From contig JAGVGM010000349.1 in NCBI GenBank assembly GCA_020057065.1, positions 28,647-92,646 on the forward strand: a stretch of 64,000 nucleotides of DNA. The letters run 5' to 3'. Below the pieces are notes generated by a model, which saw only the letters and a list, made by a program, of their open reading frames with translations, made no database searches and was not told where the DNA came from. Positions within the stretch are counted from its first letter, which is position 1. Every line of letters starts with the position of its first letter. This document shows positions 41,563 through 51,900 of the stretch, piece after piece. Source of the stretch: Thermodesulfovibrionia bacterium (GTDB lineage: Bacteria; Nitrospirota; Thermodesulfovibrionia; UBA6902). The translations under genes and the position numbers were made by a program.

Positions 41563-42366
41563 ATGAAAAGAAAACCGGCAGTAGCAGGTCAGTTTTATCC
41601 TTCTTCTCCTTCCAAGCTTACCGAACAGGTCAGGGGATATACCAATAAAGATGCCGTAAAAGAGGATGTTATCGGCATTGTTTCTCCCCATGCAGGATTA
41701 ATGTATTCAGGGGCGGTTGCCGGGGCTGTTTTCTCAAAAATAAAATTCCCTCACACTTTTATTATTATTGGCCCCAATCATACAGGTTTAGGCAGTCCTG
41801 TTTCCATAATGTTATCAGGTGAGTGGCAGATGCCTACAGGAGAATTAGAGATCAATGAAGATCTCGCAAGAAAAATAGCAGAGAAGTCTGACATTATCTC
41901 GGAAGATACCCTCGCTCACTCAATGGAACACTCACTTGAACTGCAACTGCCGTTCATTCTCTATTATTCATCTGATGTCAAAATTGTTCCGATCGTTATG
42001 ATGGCTGATTCAATTGAGATATGCAGATCGACCGGTGAAGCTATCGCGGACGCCATAAAGGAATCAGGAGATTCTGTTGCAATCGTTGCAAGTTCTGATA
42101 TGAGCCATTATGTTACGGATTCCATGGCGCGTAAAAAAGATACTAGAGCCATGGACCGGGTTTTAGCCCTTGATCCCGAAGGACTTTATAATACCGTCAG
42201 AAAAGAGGGGATAAGCATGTGCGGATTTATGCCTGTAACCACTATGCTCTTTGCCGCCCGAAAATTAGGAGCTAAAGAAGCTGAACTTGTTAAATACATG
42301 ACTTCCGGAGAAGTAAGCGGAGATTATGACTACGTCGTCGGTTATGCGGGAATGATAGTGAAGTAA
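41563..42366 (+). CDS. amrB: AmmeMemoRadiSam system protein B (MEMO family)
   Basis: RKPAVAGQFYP, PHAGLMYSG, GPNHTG, EHSLE, SSDMSHY, VVGYAG. Confidence 0.92.
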   Translation: MKRKPAVAGQFYPSSPSKLTEQVRGYTNKDAVKEDVIGIVSPHAGLMYSGAVAGAVFSKIKFPHTFIIIGPNHTGLGSPVSIMLSGEWQMPTGELEINEDLARKIAEKSDIISEDTLAHSMEHSLELQLPFILYYSSDVKIVPIVMMADSIEICRSTGEAIADAIKESGDSVAIVASSDMSHYVTDSMARKKDTRAMDRVLALDPEGLYNTVRKEGISMCGFMPVTTMLFAARKLGAKEAELVKYMTSGEVSGDYDYVVGYAGMIVK

Positions 42367-42492
42367 GCGGGACAGCACCTGATTCACCTGTAACTGAATG
42401 GTTGTCTTCTACTTGATGATTATTATACAGTTTTCTAAAGCTATGTTGTATACTTTTTGTATCAAAGTTTTTCCTTGGGGCAAATATTTTCT

Positions 42493-42576
42493 ATGGTAAG
42501 ACTGCATCCACATGCGAAAGATCGTCTGATAGAAAGAGGCGCTATTTTTAGATGGAAGGAGGCGTGTTTTAGATGA
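42493..42576 (+). pseudogene. Truncated DUF4258-like toxin
   Basis: MVRLHPHAKDRLIERGA, then similarity is lost; 27 codons; directly before DUF2283. Confidence 0.6.
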
Positions 42577-42806
42577 AGTTAACATATGATACAAGATACA
42601 ATATAGCATACTTAATGCTTCATGAAAAATCGGCAGAAGTTGAGACAATAAAGGTGAGTGATGAACTCAATGTTGACATAGCTCCAGATGGCACAATTTA
42701 TGGCATTGAGCTTTTAAATGCAAACGACCAGTTGTTGAAGGAAGATTTAGGAAAACTGCTTGTTATAAATGAGGCAACCGGAAAGAAGGCAGAAGTAAGT
42801 TTGTAG
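42573..42806 (+). CDS. DUF2283 domain protein
   Basis: LTYD...IAYL...VDIAPDGTIYGIELLNA. Confidence 0.88.
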   Translation: MKLTYDTRYNIAYLMLHEKSAEVETIKVSDELNVDIAPDGTIYGIELLNANDQLLKEDLGKLLVINEATGKKAEVSL

Positions 42807-42976
42807 GATTCGACGGTTAAATTAAGCGGAGCACAGGACATTCGTTCGCCATATTATGCACTGGCGTTTATTATGAGGTTCCATGCTTTGGCGTCATTCC
42901 TGCGAAAGCAGGAATCCGGAGAAAAGGAAATTGGATTCCCGTCTGCACGGGAATGACGTGTAAATAATATGTCAGG

Positions 42977-43366
42977 TTACCAGATAGTTTCTACAGCGGT
43001 AAAGTTTTGAAGGGTTTCGTCTTTGGTAATTATTGGAAGATTGAGGTGCTTAGCAGTTGCGACAATTATTTTATCATGGAGTTCCGGGATGTCTTTTAAT
43101 GAAACCATTTTCTTGAGGATGGGGTAATCAAGTGCTATGAGCCTGAAATTATCACTATCGTTAATTTTTTTGAAAAGGGTTTTGAAATCAAATGAGACAC
43201 GTTTTTTATCAAAGATGCTGAGAGCCTCTGCAATAACGATTGAAGGGACAAAGATTATGTGTTCACCATTCTCGCATTTTTCAAAAATCTCCGAGGTTTT
43301 TGGACTTATTCGAGGGCTGTTAGTAAACCACCAGAGAAGGGCATGTGTATCCGCAACAAAATTCAT
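42977..43366 (-). CDS. PIN-domain (VapC) toxin
   Basis: MNFVADTHALLWW...ELHDKIIVATA...IITKD; start re-set to the ATG at 43366. Confidence 0.88.
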   Translation of the reverse strand: MNFVADTHALLWWFTNSPRISPKTSEIFEKCENGEHIIFVPSIVIAEALSIFDKKRVSFDFKTLFKKINDSDNFRLIALDYPILKKMVSLKDIPELHDKIIVATAKHLNLPIITKDETLQNFTAVETIW

Positions 43367-43373
43367 AAATATT

Positions 43374-43589
43374 TTATATCCCTGTTTTGCTGTAGAGGGA
43401 TTTTTTGGCAGAAGCAATATCTTTTTCTGTAATCTCAACGCCCTTGAGAATCCCTTTGAGTTTTACAATCTTCTTTTTGGAAGGAGCGAGCTTCTTGAGA
43501 ACAGTTAATTTCAGTTCCATAACATCTTTTTCGATGGTTTCGATTTTATGGAGGATATCGGCAGTGTTTTCTGCTACGGCTTGCTTCAT
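43374..43589 (-). CDS. Putative antitoxin
   Basis: KLKGILKGVEITEKDI..AKKSL; upstream of the PIN gene; AAGGAG RBS. Confidence 0.75.
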   Translation of the reverse strand: MKQAVAENTADILHKIETIEKDVMELKLTVLKKLAPSKKKIVKLKGILKGVEITEKDIASAKKSLYSKTGI

Positions 43590-43805
43590 TTTTATTGTCT
43601 CCTTGTCAAGAAATTCCTTTATTGAAATTTACCATATGAATAATGTTATGTCAAAAGAGATGATGAAAGATTCTCGAAGCGAGTCGAAGTTTAGTCGTAC
43701 CGACCAAAGAATCGCTCCGGCCGGACAATCCGATGTTATGTTGTCATTCCCGTGAAAACAGGGATACAGTTTAATGAGATTTATTACAGAGGAGGTTTTT
43801 AAGCA

Positions 43806-44048
43806 ATAAAGAAAACTTTGGAATTAACACCTGCCGAGTTGAGAAGAACCGGATGGAAGGTTTTAAAGGAACATCTTGGAACTGCGGAGGTACTAAGATT
43901 TCTCCTGTAATACGAAAAGGGAGAGGGAGATTATACAAAACTCCGGGGGGATCTTTTTAAAGACGAGACAGTTGAAAGTTTGATAAGCAGGATGAAAAAA
44001 GAAGGGAACATAACTAAAGGCTCTCGGCGCTACAGGAAAGTTTCTTAA
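43806..44048 (+). pseudogene. Degraded small TA-type gene
   Basis: After a GAGGAGG RBS the start is ATA; KTLELTPAELRRTGWKVLKEHLG..LRFLL*YEKGEGDYTK with in-frame TAA at 43908-43910. Confidence 0.6.
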
Positions 44049-44148
44049 AAGCTCTTTTATCTTTATCTGAAGCCATGTTATACTGCTTTTAACTCATCTT
44101 TTGACCCACACGACTTCACGATGAGCCAAAAGTTATATAATAATTGTC

Positions 44149-45072
44149 ATGATGCCGAGAGATTATGAAGCTAAAATAATAGCGCTGGTCAAAACAGGAA
44201 ATTTTCAAGAGGCATTTGAGCTCGTCACCGAGGCGCTCACAATTTATCCCTCGAATCCGTTTTTTCTCAAAAACGAAATCTTTATACTCTTCAGATTAAA
44301 CAAGACTGCGCACGCAAGGCAGCGGGCTGAGGAAAAAGTGGATGTCCTGAAAAACGATGCGTTCTTCCTCCGGACATACCTTTCTATCCTCGAAAAGGAA
44401 AAAGCGGTTGAGGACATCGAGCATCTGCTCGAAAAAACCATTTTCCCTTCCGGCGTCTGCAACGAAGATTTCTGCGTATTTCTCTGCCGGCTTGCAGGCA
44501 GGGTCTTCTCAAACCGGAAGGCTGAAGAGATGTTTCAGAGATGTATGCTGCTCTACCCGGAAAGCGGGGCGCTTAAAGGCTTTCTTAACAAACAGGACGG
44601 CGAAGGCATCTTCGAGAAGAATTATAAAAATTATAAAGAGAAATTCAAAGGCAGGAAAACCGTTGATGCCATCGCTGAGATAGAGAATATAAAGACATTG
44701 CCGGGATATAATGAGGACTTTGACCTCCAGGTCTATCTTGCCGAGCTCTACAAAAAGGCAGGAGAATACGGAAAGGCGATAGAGGCTTACCGGCAGATAC
44801 TTTCTTTCAAAGACAATGAGTTTACCCGCAAGATGCTCGGATATGCCTACTACAAAATGGGTGACAGTGATAATGCGCTCGTTTATTTGAAGGAAGCATT
44901 ATTTAAAGACCCGCGCGATCACTTCCTCTATTCAACGATATGCAAAATCTTTGAGACAAAGGCTGATTACGCAGGCTTTGAAAAATTGATCAACGAAGTC
45001 CTGGGTGTCAACCCGGGCGCAAAGCATCTTTTCGGGCTATTGAGAAGGGCGAAACGCTGGAATATTGATTGA
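44149..45072 (+). CDS. Tetratricopeptide-repeat protein
   Basis: YLAELYKKAGEYGKAIEAYRQIL and LGYAYYKMGDSDNALVYLKEAL TPR motifs. Confidence 0.8.
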   Translation: MMPRDYEAKIIALVKTGNFQEAFELVTEALTIYPSNPFFLKNEIFILFRLNKTAHARQRAEEKVDVLKNDAFFLRTYLSILEKEKAVEDIEHLLEKTIFPSGVCNEDFCVFLCRLAGRVFSNRKAEEMFQRCMLLYPESGALKGFLNKQDGEGIFEKNYKNYKEKFKGRKTVDAIAEIENIKTLPGYNEDFDLQVYLAELYKKAGEYGKAIEAYRQILSFKDNEFTRKMLGYAYYKMGDSDNALVYLKEALFKDPRDHFLYSTICKIFETKADYAGFEKLINEVLGVNPGAKHLFGLLRRAKRWNID

Positions 45073-45094
45073 CCCGTAACAGAGGAGTGTTTAA

Positions 45095-47554
45095 ATGAAA
45101 AGAACAGGCAAGAACACAAAACTAAAGGCAAAGCCGCTCAGACCAAAAATATCGAGGACCCACAAGCCGGACAGCCTCGACGTCGGGGAATGGCAAAGAC
45201 TGCTGAGAAAACAGTTTGGAGAAATGCAAAACTTCAAAATAAAGAACACCGGCGCTCACCCGATCTTTTCTGAATTCGCCGTTACCAATCCGTCATCCGG
45301 CAGGACATATAAGGTCGCTGTCAGGGGATTATTGCCGGGTGAAAATTACTGCTCCTGCCCTGATTACAGCATAAACAATCTCGGCACATGCAAGCATATC
45401 GAATTCACTCTCTCCAGGTTGATGAAAAGGAGAGGTGCAAGAAAAATTTTCAAGGAAGGTCATATACAGCCTTATTCAGAGGTCTATCTGAGCTACGGCA
45501 TTAAGCGACAGGTCAAGTTTAAAGCCGGAAAAAGTATTCCGCCCGAGCTTGCGCCACTGGTCAAAGAATATTTTGGACCGGACGACGTTCTCAAGGAAAC
45601 GCATATTCTCAATTTTCAAAAGTTCCTCGAAAAACTGCCGAAAAATACATCTCATGAAATACGCTGCTATGACGACGTCCTGTCGTTCATTGCCGAACAT
45701 CAGGACATTGAACATAGGCAAAAGGTTGTGCAATCCTGTTTGAAGGGCGGCATTCACAGCCCCATGTTCGAGCATATCCTCAAGACGAAATTATATCCTT
45801 ATCAGCGTGAAGGCGCCCTCTTTGCCGTCAATGCCGGAAGGTGTCTTATCGGCGACGACATGGGTCTTGGAAAGACCATCGAGGCGCTTGCGGCAGCCGA
45901 GCTTATGGCGAAGATGTTTGATATACGGAAGGTCCTGATCATTTCCCCGACTTCACTCAAGTACCAGTGGAAAACCGAGATCGAGAAATTTAGCGGAAGA
46001 CCCGTTGACGTAATCGAAGGGCTGAATCATCAAAGGCGTGTTCTATATGAAAACGATTCATTTTATAAACTGCTCAATTATGAGCTGGTGCACAGGGATA
46101 TCGGCTGCATACAACAGTGGTCTCCGGATTTGATCATCCTCGACGAGGCGCAGAGGATCAAAAACTGGAAGACGCGCACCGCGCAATATGTAAAAAAACT
46201 CGAATCACCATTTGCAATCGTCCTTACCGGGACTCCCATCGAAAACAGGATCGAAGAGCTTCATTCCATAATGGAGTTTATAGACCGCTATCATCTCGGC
46301 CCTCTGTACGGTTTTGTTCATAACCACAGGCTTGCTGATGAGAACGGCAAGGTGGTCGGGTATAAAAATCTTCAGAATGTAAGAGACTCTCTGAAGAGCG
46401 TCATGATACGCCGTAAAAAAGACGAAGTGCTGAAACAATTGCCGGGACGGATAGATAAAAACTTTTTCGTCCCGATGACCAGGGAGCAGAGAGTCATACA
46501 CAACGAAAACGATGACATAGTCGCCAGGATCGCTGCAAAGTGGAGACGCTATAAATTTCTGAGCGAGGCCGACCAGCGACGGCTCCAGATAGCCCTGAAC
46601 TACATGCGCATGGCTGCGGACAATACGTACCTCGTGGACAAACAGACCGTACACGGCCCCAAGATTGAGGAGCTTGAGATCCTCCTGAGAGAGATTATTA
46701 TCGAAGGCGGAGAAAAGGCGGTTATATTCAGCCAGTGGCTCAGGATGACCGAGCTTGTGGAGCGCATACTCAAACGGAACAATATCGGTTATGTGCATTT
46801 GAACGGCTCGGTGCCTTCAAGACAGAGAAGAGACTTGATGACAAAATTCAGGGAAGACGCCGGCTGCAAAGTCTTTCTTTCCACTGACGCAGGCGGGGTC
46901 GGGCTCAACCTCCAGAGCGGTTCGGTAGTGATAAATATGGACATACCCTGGAACCCTGCCGTTCTCGAACAGCGGATTGGCCGCGTGCACAGGCTGGGGC
47001 AGAATAGAACCGTGCGTGTAATTAATTTTGTTACCTCGTTATCCATTGAAGAAAGGATCCTTGAGCTTCTGAAATTTAAGAAATCGCTTTTTGCCGGGGC
47101 GCTCGATTCGGATGGCGAGGATATAGTAATGGTCGGCGAGTCGCAATTCAAGAGGTTTATGCAGTCGGTCGGGACGATTATGGAAGACCTTAAGAAACCC
47201 GATCCCGTGTATGAGGAACAGGTACGGAAAGAGGCTGAGCTTGACAAAAAGGAGGCTGAAGTTGTGGAAGCGATGCCTGCAGATAACGAAGTGAAAATTG
47301 AGGATGCCCGGTCTGAGGGAAGCCCGCTTGCTGCGCTCAACAGCCTTCTCGTAAGCGGGGCGCGGATATTGACGGATATAAGCAGGATGATTTCGCAGCC
47401 TGAAAAGCCTGAAGGAAAACTTTCCGACACTTTAATCCATAAGGATGAAAAAACCGGCAGGGCTTATCTGAAAATTCCGCTGCCTGAAAAAGACGCACTG
47501 CAGAACATAATTTCAGCGTTTGGGAAATTGATGGAGGGGGCAAAAGGGATTTAG
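45095..47554 (+). CDS. SWIM zinc finger + SNF2/SWI2 helicase
   Basis: CSCPDY...CKH; DDMGLGKT, DEAQ, LTGTP, QRIGRVHRLGQ. Confidence 0.92.
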   Translation: MKRTGKNTKLKAKPLRPKISRTHKPDSLDVGEWQRLLRKQFGEMQNFKIKNTGAHPIFSEFAVTNPSSGRTYKVAVRGLLPGENYCSCPDYSINNLGTCKHIEFTLSRLMKRRGARKIFKEGHIQPYSEVYLSYGIKRQVKFKAGKSIPPELAPLVKEYFGPDDVLKETHILNFQKFLEKLPKNTSHEIRCYDDVLSFIAEHQDIEHRQKVVQSCLKGGIHSPMFEHILKTKLYPYQREGALFAVNAGRCLIGDDMGLGKTIEALAAAELMAKMFDIRKVLIISPTSLKYQWKTEIEKFSGRPVDVIEGLNHQRRVLYENDSFYKLLNYELVHRDIGCIQQWSPDLIILDEAQRIKNWKTRTAQYVKKLESPFAIVLTGTPIENRIEELHSIMEFIDRYHLGPLYGFVHNHRLADENGKVVGYKNLQNVRDSLKSVMIRRKKDEVLKQLPGRIDKNFFVPMTREQRVIHNENDDIVARIAAKWRRYKFLSEADQRRLQIALNYMRMAADNTYLVDKQTVHGPKIEELEILLREIIIEGGEKAVIFSQWLRMTELVERILKRNNIGYVHLNGSVPSRQRRDLMTKFREDAGCKVFLSTDAGGVGLNLQSGSVVINMDIPWNPAVLEQRIGRVHRLGQNRTVRVINFVTSLSIEERILELLKFKKSLFAGALDSDGEDIVMVGESQFKRFMQSVGTIMEDLKKPDPVYEEQVRKEAELDKKEAEVVEAMPADNEVKIEDARSEGSPLAALNSLLVSGARILTDISRMISQPEKPEGKLSDTLIHKDEKTGRAYLKIPLPEKDALQNIISAFGKLMEGAKGI

Positions 47555-47668
47555 GATTTTGGCGGGGAATCTAATGTGACTTAGTCACGAAATAAGGGGC
47601 ACAACTTCACATAATGTTTGCGACGTGATGAAGGATTTTATTAACCGGACAGCGATGTTAATGTGCTG

Positions 47669-48268
47669 TTATAGCCAGTGGTTCTTCTCGTCATTGTCCA
47701 CCAAGTTTAATTTTCCCTTTTCTTCCGGTTCGTCTTCTTTGTCTGCGTCATCAATGAAGTCCGAGTAAAAGTCAGCATAAACGTCTGCTAAATAGTCGTG
47801 GAAGCCCCAACCAATTCCACTTGTGTCGCTTACAACTTTACTTGCTCGGTCGGCAAACTTGTCAAGCATGTTTTCCTTTTTCATTACTGTCAATGCCTGA
47901 ACATAGGTTTTCTCCAAACTGGAATAATAGTTTTCGTCAATATCACCAAAGTCGTTTGTAAATTTCACACCTGTCTCAACGTAAAATAGCATAAGGTCAG
48001 CAAGCAAGTCCGCTGAAGCTCCAAGTTTTTTGAAGTCGCTAATTGCTTGTTTGCCGTCTTTGAGTTTGTAGTTGTAACCACGTCTCGGATAAAATGCTTC
48101 AAATACTTTGTCACGATACTTGTTGAAAAGCCCTCTCTCGTTGGGGTTCACGTAAAAGTCGAAAAATTCTTTTACTGATTTGTTCTTTTTATACAAGTCA
48201 GCTACCAAGTCAACAAGTTTATCCTTGTCGAGTTTTTTAAGTTCTTTTTTTATGTCGGTCAGTCCCAT
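47669..48268 (-). CDS. DUF6155-like hypothetical protein (integron cassette gene)
   Basis: LKKLDKDKLVDLVADLYKKNKSVKEFFDFY...FTNDFGDIDENYY; flanked by core and inverse core sites. Confidence 0.7.
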   Translation of the reverse strand: MGLTDIKKELKKLDKDKLVDLVADLYKKNKSVKEFFDFYVNPNERGLFNKYRDKVFEAFYPRRGYNYKLKDGKQAISDFKKLGASADLLADLMLFYVETGVKFTNDFGDIDENYYSSLEKTYVQALTVMKKENMLDKFADRASKVVSDTSGIGWGFHDYLADVYADFYSDFIDDADKEDEPEEKGKLNLVDNDEKNHWL

Positions 48269-48292
48269 TGTTTACGGTCTTTTTACCATTGG

Positions 48293-48350
48293 CTATAACG
48301 TTTGAACTGTGCGGTGGCTATTTGCCATCCGCACGAGTGATTTGTTATAA
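48293..48350 (-). mobile_element. attC recombination site
   Basis: Minus strand TTATAAC-AAATCA-CTCGTGCGGATGGC-AAATA-GCCACCGCACAG-TTCAAAC-GTTATAG: R boxes, L boxes and two unpaired bases. Confidence 0.8.
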
Positions 48351-48995
48351 AATATAACATTCCCTTAAAATTTATTGCGTACAACTACTTTGAAAAAAGG
48401 GGACAGTGCCTTTTTTTGTTTTTGTCATGCCCGAAGTCTGTAATCGGGCATCCAGAAGGCTGAACCGACTTAAGGACTGCCGGAATGACAGACAGACAAA
48501 TTGAGTTTTTAGACAAGCTCCACATCCTTTATTAATCAATATATTTAAGCTTAGACAGAAAGAAGGGATGTTTCCCAATCTCTACTTGTTACCTCCAATA
48601 TTTATCCCTCATATTTATGTCCATGGAGTTTCAATAAGAGCTTTCCTGTTTTTTACTAATGGATCGGATAAGGTTTAATGCCATGCTGTCGTTACCAACC
48701 AATCCTCCCCAATAAAAGCAAATCGAACTGTTACATGAGCCTCCATGTGAATGAATATACACATGAAAAGGGATTTTAGGCAATACCACACCCTTGCCCT
48801 TCACCGGGAAGGAGATGTGCAGGAGAGCCGATGGAATGCGTTAAAGAAATCTTTGTTTTACAAAATCTCCCCTAACCCCTGCTTAAGGCACCTACAGTTG
48901 GTCTTTTCCAAAGAGGAGGATTTAACAACCGCACTATGCAAACCTGCTTAATTTGAAGTAGAATAATTGAAAAAACAAAACCCTCTTCAACCATT

Positions 48996-51900
48996 GTGAC
49001 GATGAAATTAAGGGACATCATAGAGATACCGGAGGTCAAGCTTGTAATCGAGCTTGACGATGCAGACAAAGACCCTGATGGTATAACGTCGTCATTTGTA
49101 TTCACAGGTGAGATTCAGGACAGCCTTGACGCTATACTGAACAGGATCAACAAGGGACAGGGCTGCGGCATATTCATAAAGGGCAATTACGGCAGCGGCA
49201 AGTCGCATTTTCTTTCTTACCTGTATCTGCTTTTGAAAAATAAGGAGTTTCTCCCTCTCCCTCCAGTAGAGAGGGAAATCGAAGGCAGAACTCTCCCCGA
49301 TACTTCAGGGGAGAGGGAATTGAATGCGATCAAAATATCGCTTGTTAAATATCCCGCATCACGCTCTCTCGAAAGCATTGTGCTTTCTTCTCTTGGTTAC
49401 AAAGGTGAAGTCACGGACAGGCAAGAGACGTTTAAGGACATAATCAACAACCGCACGGTGATTATTATTGACGAGCTTTCCGAATTCCTCCGTTCAAAGC
49501 CCGCGCCCTCGGCATTCTATGAAGATATCAGATTCCTCCAGTTCCTCGGTGAATTTTCATTCCACCATCCGCTTTGGATTATCGCATCGCTACAGGAATG
49601 GATCGAGGAGACGGGGCATATCTCGTCCAACATATTCAACAGGATCAAGGACAGATATCCTCTGAGGATAAACCTTTCTTCGTCGCATATTGAGGATATA
49701 ATCGACCGGAGGATTATCATCAAAAAGGACGGCGCTGAGGAAGTGATCAAGGCCGTGTTCTTTGAGCTGAAAAAATATTATCCTCACATGCTGATCAAAT
49801 ACGATGATTTCAGGAAGACATACCCGCTCCATCCTTTTACCGTGAGATTTTTGTCCGGTCTTACGCCTGTATTCTCCCAGCACCGGGGGGTGATACATTT
49901 TGTCTTCAGCGAGGCCGGGAAGATCCTTGATGAGCCTGTGGACGTGCTGATAACGCCTGACGCCATATTCAACCATTTTGAAGAGAGGATCAGGGAGGTA
50001 CCGGAATACTCACCGCTCGTGAGGGTTGTATATGATTATTACAAGGATAACATCGGTGGAATTTTGGACCAGCCTGTGCAGAGGGAGGCGGGGCTTGCGG
50101 CAATAAAGATTTTGATACTCACCGAGATATCGCCTTTTGAAAAGAGAAAGACTGCAAATGAGCTTGCTGAGATTCTACTGAAAAAGATCAGCACCCTGAC
50201 CTCGCGGATAAATTACGAGTTCATCAAAGACGGTGTGCTCGAGCCGCTTGCATCGCACCAGATGTATATCAATAAGGAAGGCGACGCATATTACGTAGAC
50301 CCGCGCGTGGATGAAGGTATCAGGATAAAGGCAAGGATAAAGGCGCTGAGGGAGAGATTCGAGGACAGGGACTATCTCTTTTCAGAAATCTGCAATATGC
50401 TCAACCTGCCGTATCTCCCCCTGCGGGACGTTAAAGAAGGCAGAAAATATAAATTCGTCTGGCAGAACAGCATGAGGGAGTGCGCCGTGTATGTCAACGC
50501 CTCCGAACATATTAAAAGGACGGACATGGAGAGGATGACAGAGGGGCTTGAAAAGCGGCTCGACGGGTATTTCATAATCCTCTCTCCGTTTTCAAGAGGC
50601 AAGGCGCAGTTGACCGCGCTTCTGAATACATTCCCATCGCCGTTTCTTTCCGCTTTGATATTCTGGATGCCGAGAGGCATGACAGAGGAAGAGACGCTGT
50701 TCGTCGAGGAGTTCATTGCGAGGAGTCATCTTGTGAGGGAATTCCCGGCTGCCGGCGCTCAGGTGAAGAAGGATGAGGCGGGGTTCAGGGAAGTGATGAC
50801 GCGGATATTCTTTGAAGGAGAAATATTTTTTGCCTCAGGCGGCAGCGTGGAGAATCTGAAAGAGATAGGTTATCTGCCGGTTGAAAAGCTGCTGGCGCAT
50901 CTCTTTGACCGTCCGCTTTCCGAGCTTCATCCGAACCATTACCGGATAATGCCGAGGATCGAATATTTCTCATCCCATCACCTTTCAGGGCTTTTCAGCC
51001 ATTTCATCAAACAGGGGAAGATAACGCTTGAGGACGCAGAGAAGAAAGGGCTTACGCCTTATATAAAAGGACTGCTTGAGCCGCTCGGCATTATAAAGAA
51101 AAAGGGCGGCAGCTTCCTCATCTCTCTCGATGTGGAGAATGAGCTTGTATCGCAGATACTGAATCTCGTTTCACAGGAAGACAGTCTCCCGCATCTAAAG
51201 AACGCTCTCAGAAAGGGCAAGTGGGGGATGGGTGAAGAGCAGATAAACCTGATCATATCCGCATTCGTCGTATCAGGGCATCTGATACCTTACGGACGCG
51301 ACGAGATCGTTGAGCTGAGGGAGATAACGCAGCTTGCAACAGGAGAGATACTAAAGCTGCGCGCCGGCAAGACACTGCTGCCGGATTTGCTGGGTTATCT
51401 CCAACTCGGCAAATTCATCTGGGGCGAGGTCGAAGACGTGCCAACTCCGCTGACACAGAAACTCATGTGGAAGGAGACAGCGGCATTTGTAAGGAAAGGC
51501 AGGGACCTGCTCAAGTCGGTCAGCCTGTACACGGAAAAGTACAGGGACTATTCCATACTGAAAAAACTCCGCCTCGATTCAGCTCTGCTTAATAAACTGT
51601 CGCTGTTTTTCAATTCAATGCCAGTCTCGCTCCAACCGGCTGAAGGCCTCGAGCGGGCGCTCGCTTACCTGAAAGACAATCCGGGACTCGAAGGGGAATT
51701 GAAATATCCGGAGAAGGTCCACACTTTTTTTTCCGATCATATACAGATGATGAACAAGTATTATCTCTATCTCGTGCACCCGTCGCTGAAACTGACCACG
51801 GCATCAGGACTTGATGAGGCAAAGGATGTCATTCTCTCTGCAATGGAGGATTACCTGAATTCCTTCAGCGTGGAATTCTCAGAGATCAAGGTGAAATGGG

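Noticed and set aside
42977-43438. 153-aa version of the PIN toxin
   Set aside because: The extension overlaps the antitoxin; the PIN motif starts at the ATG at 43366.
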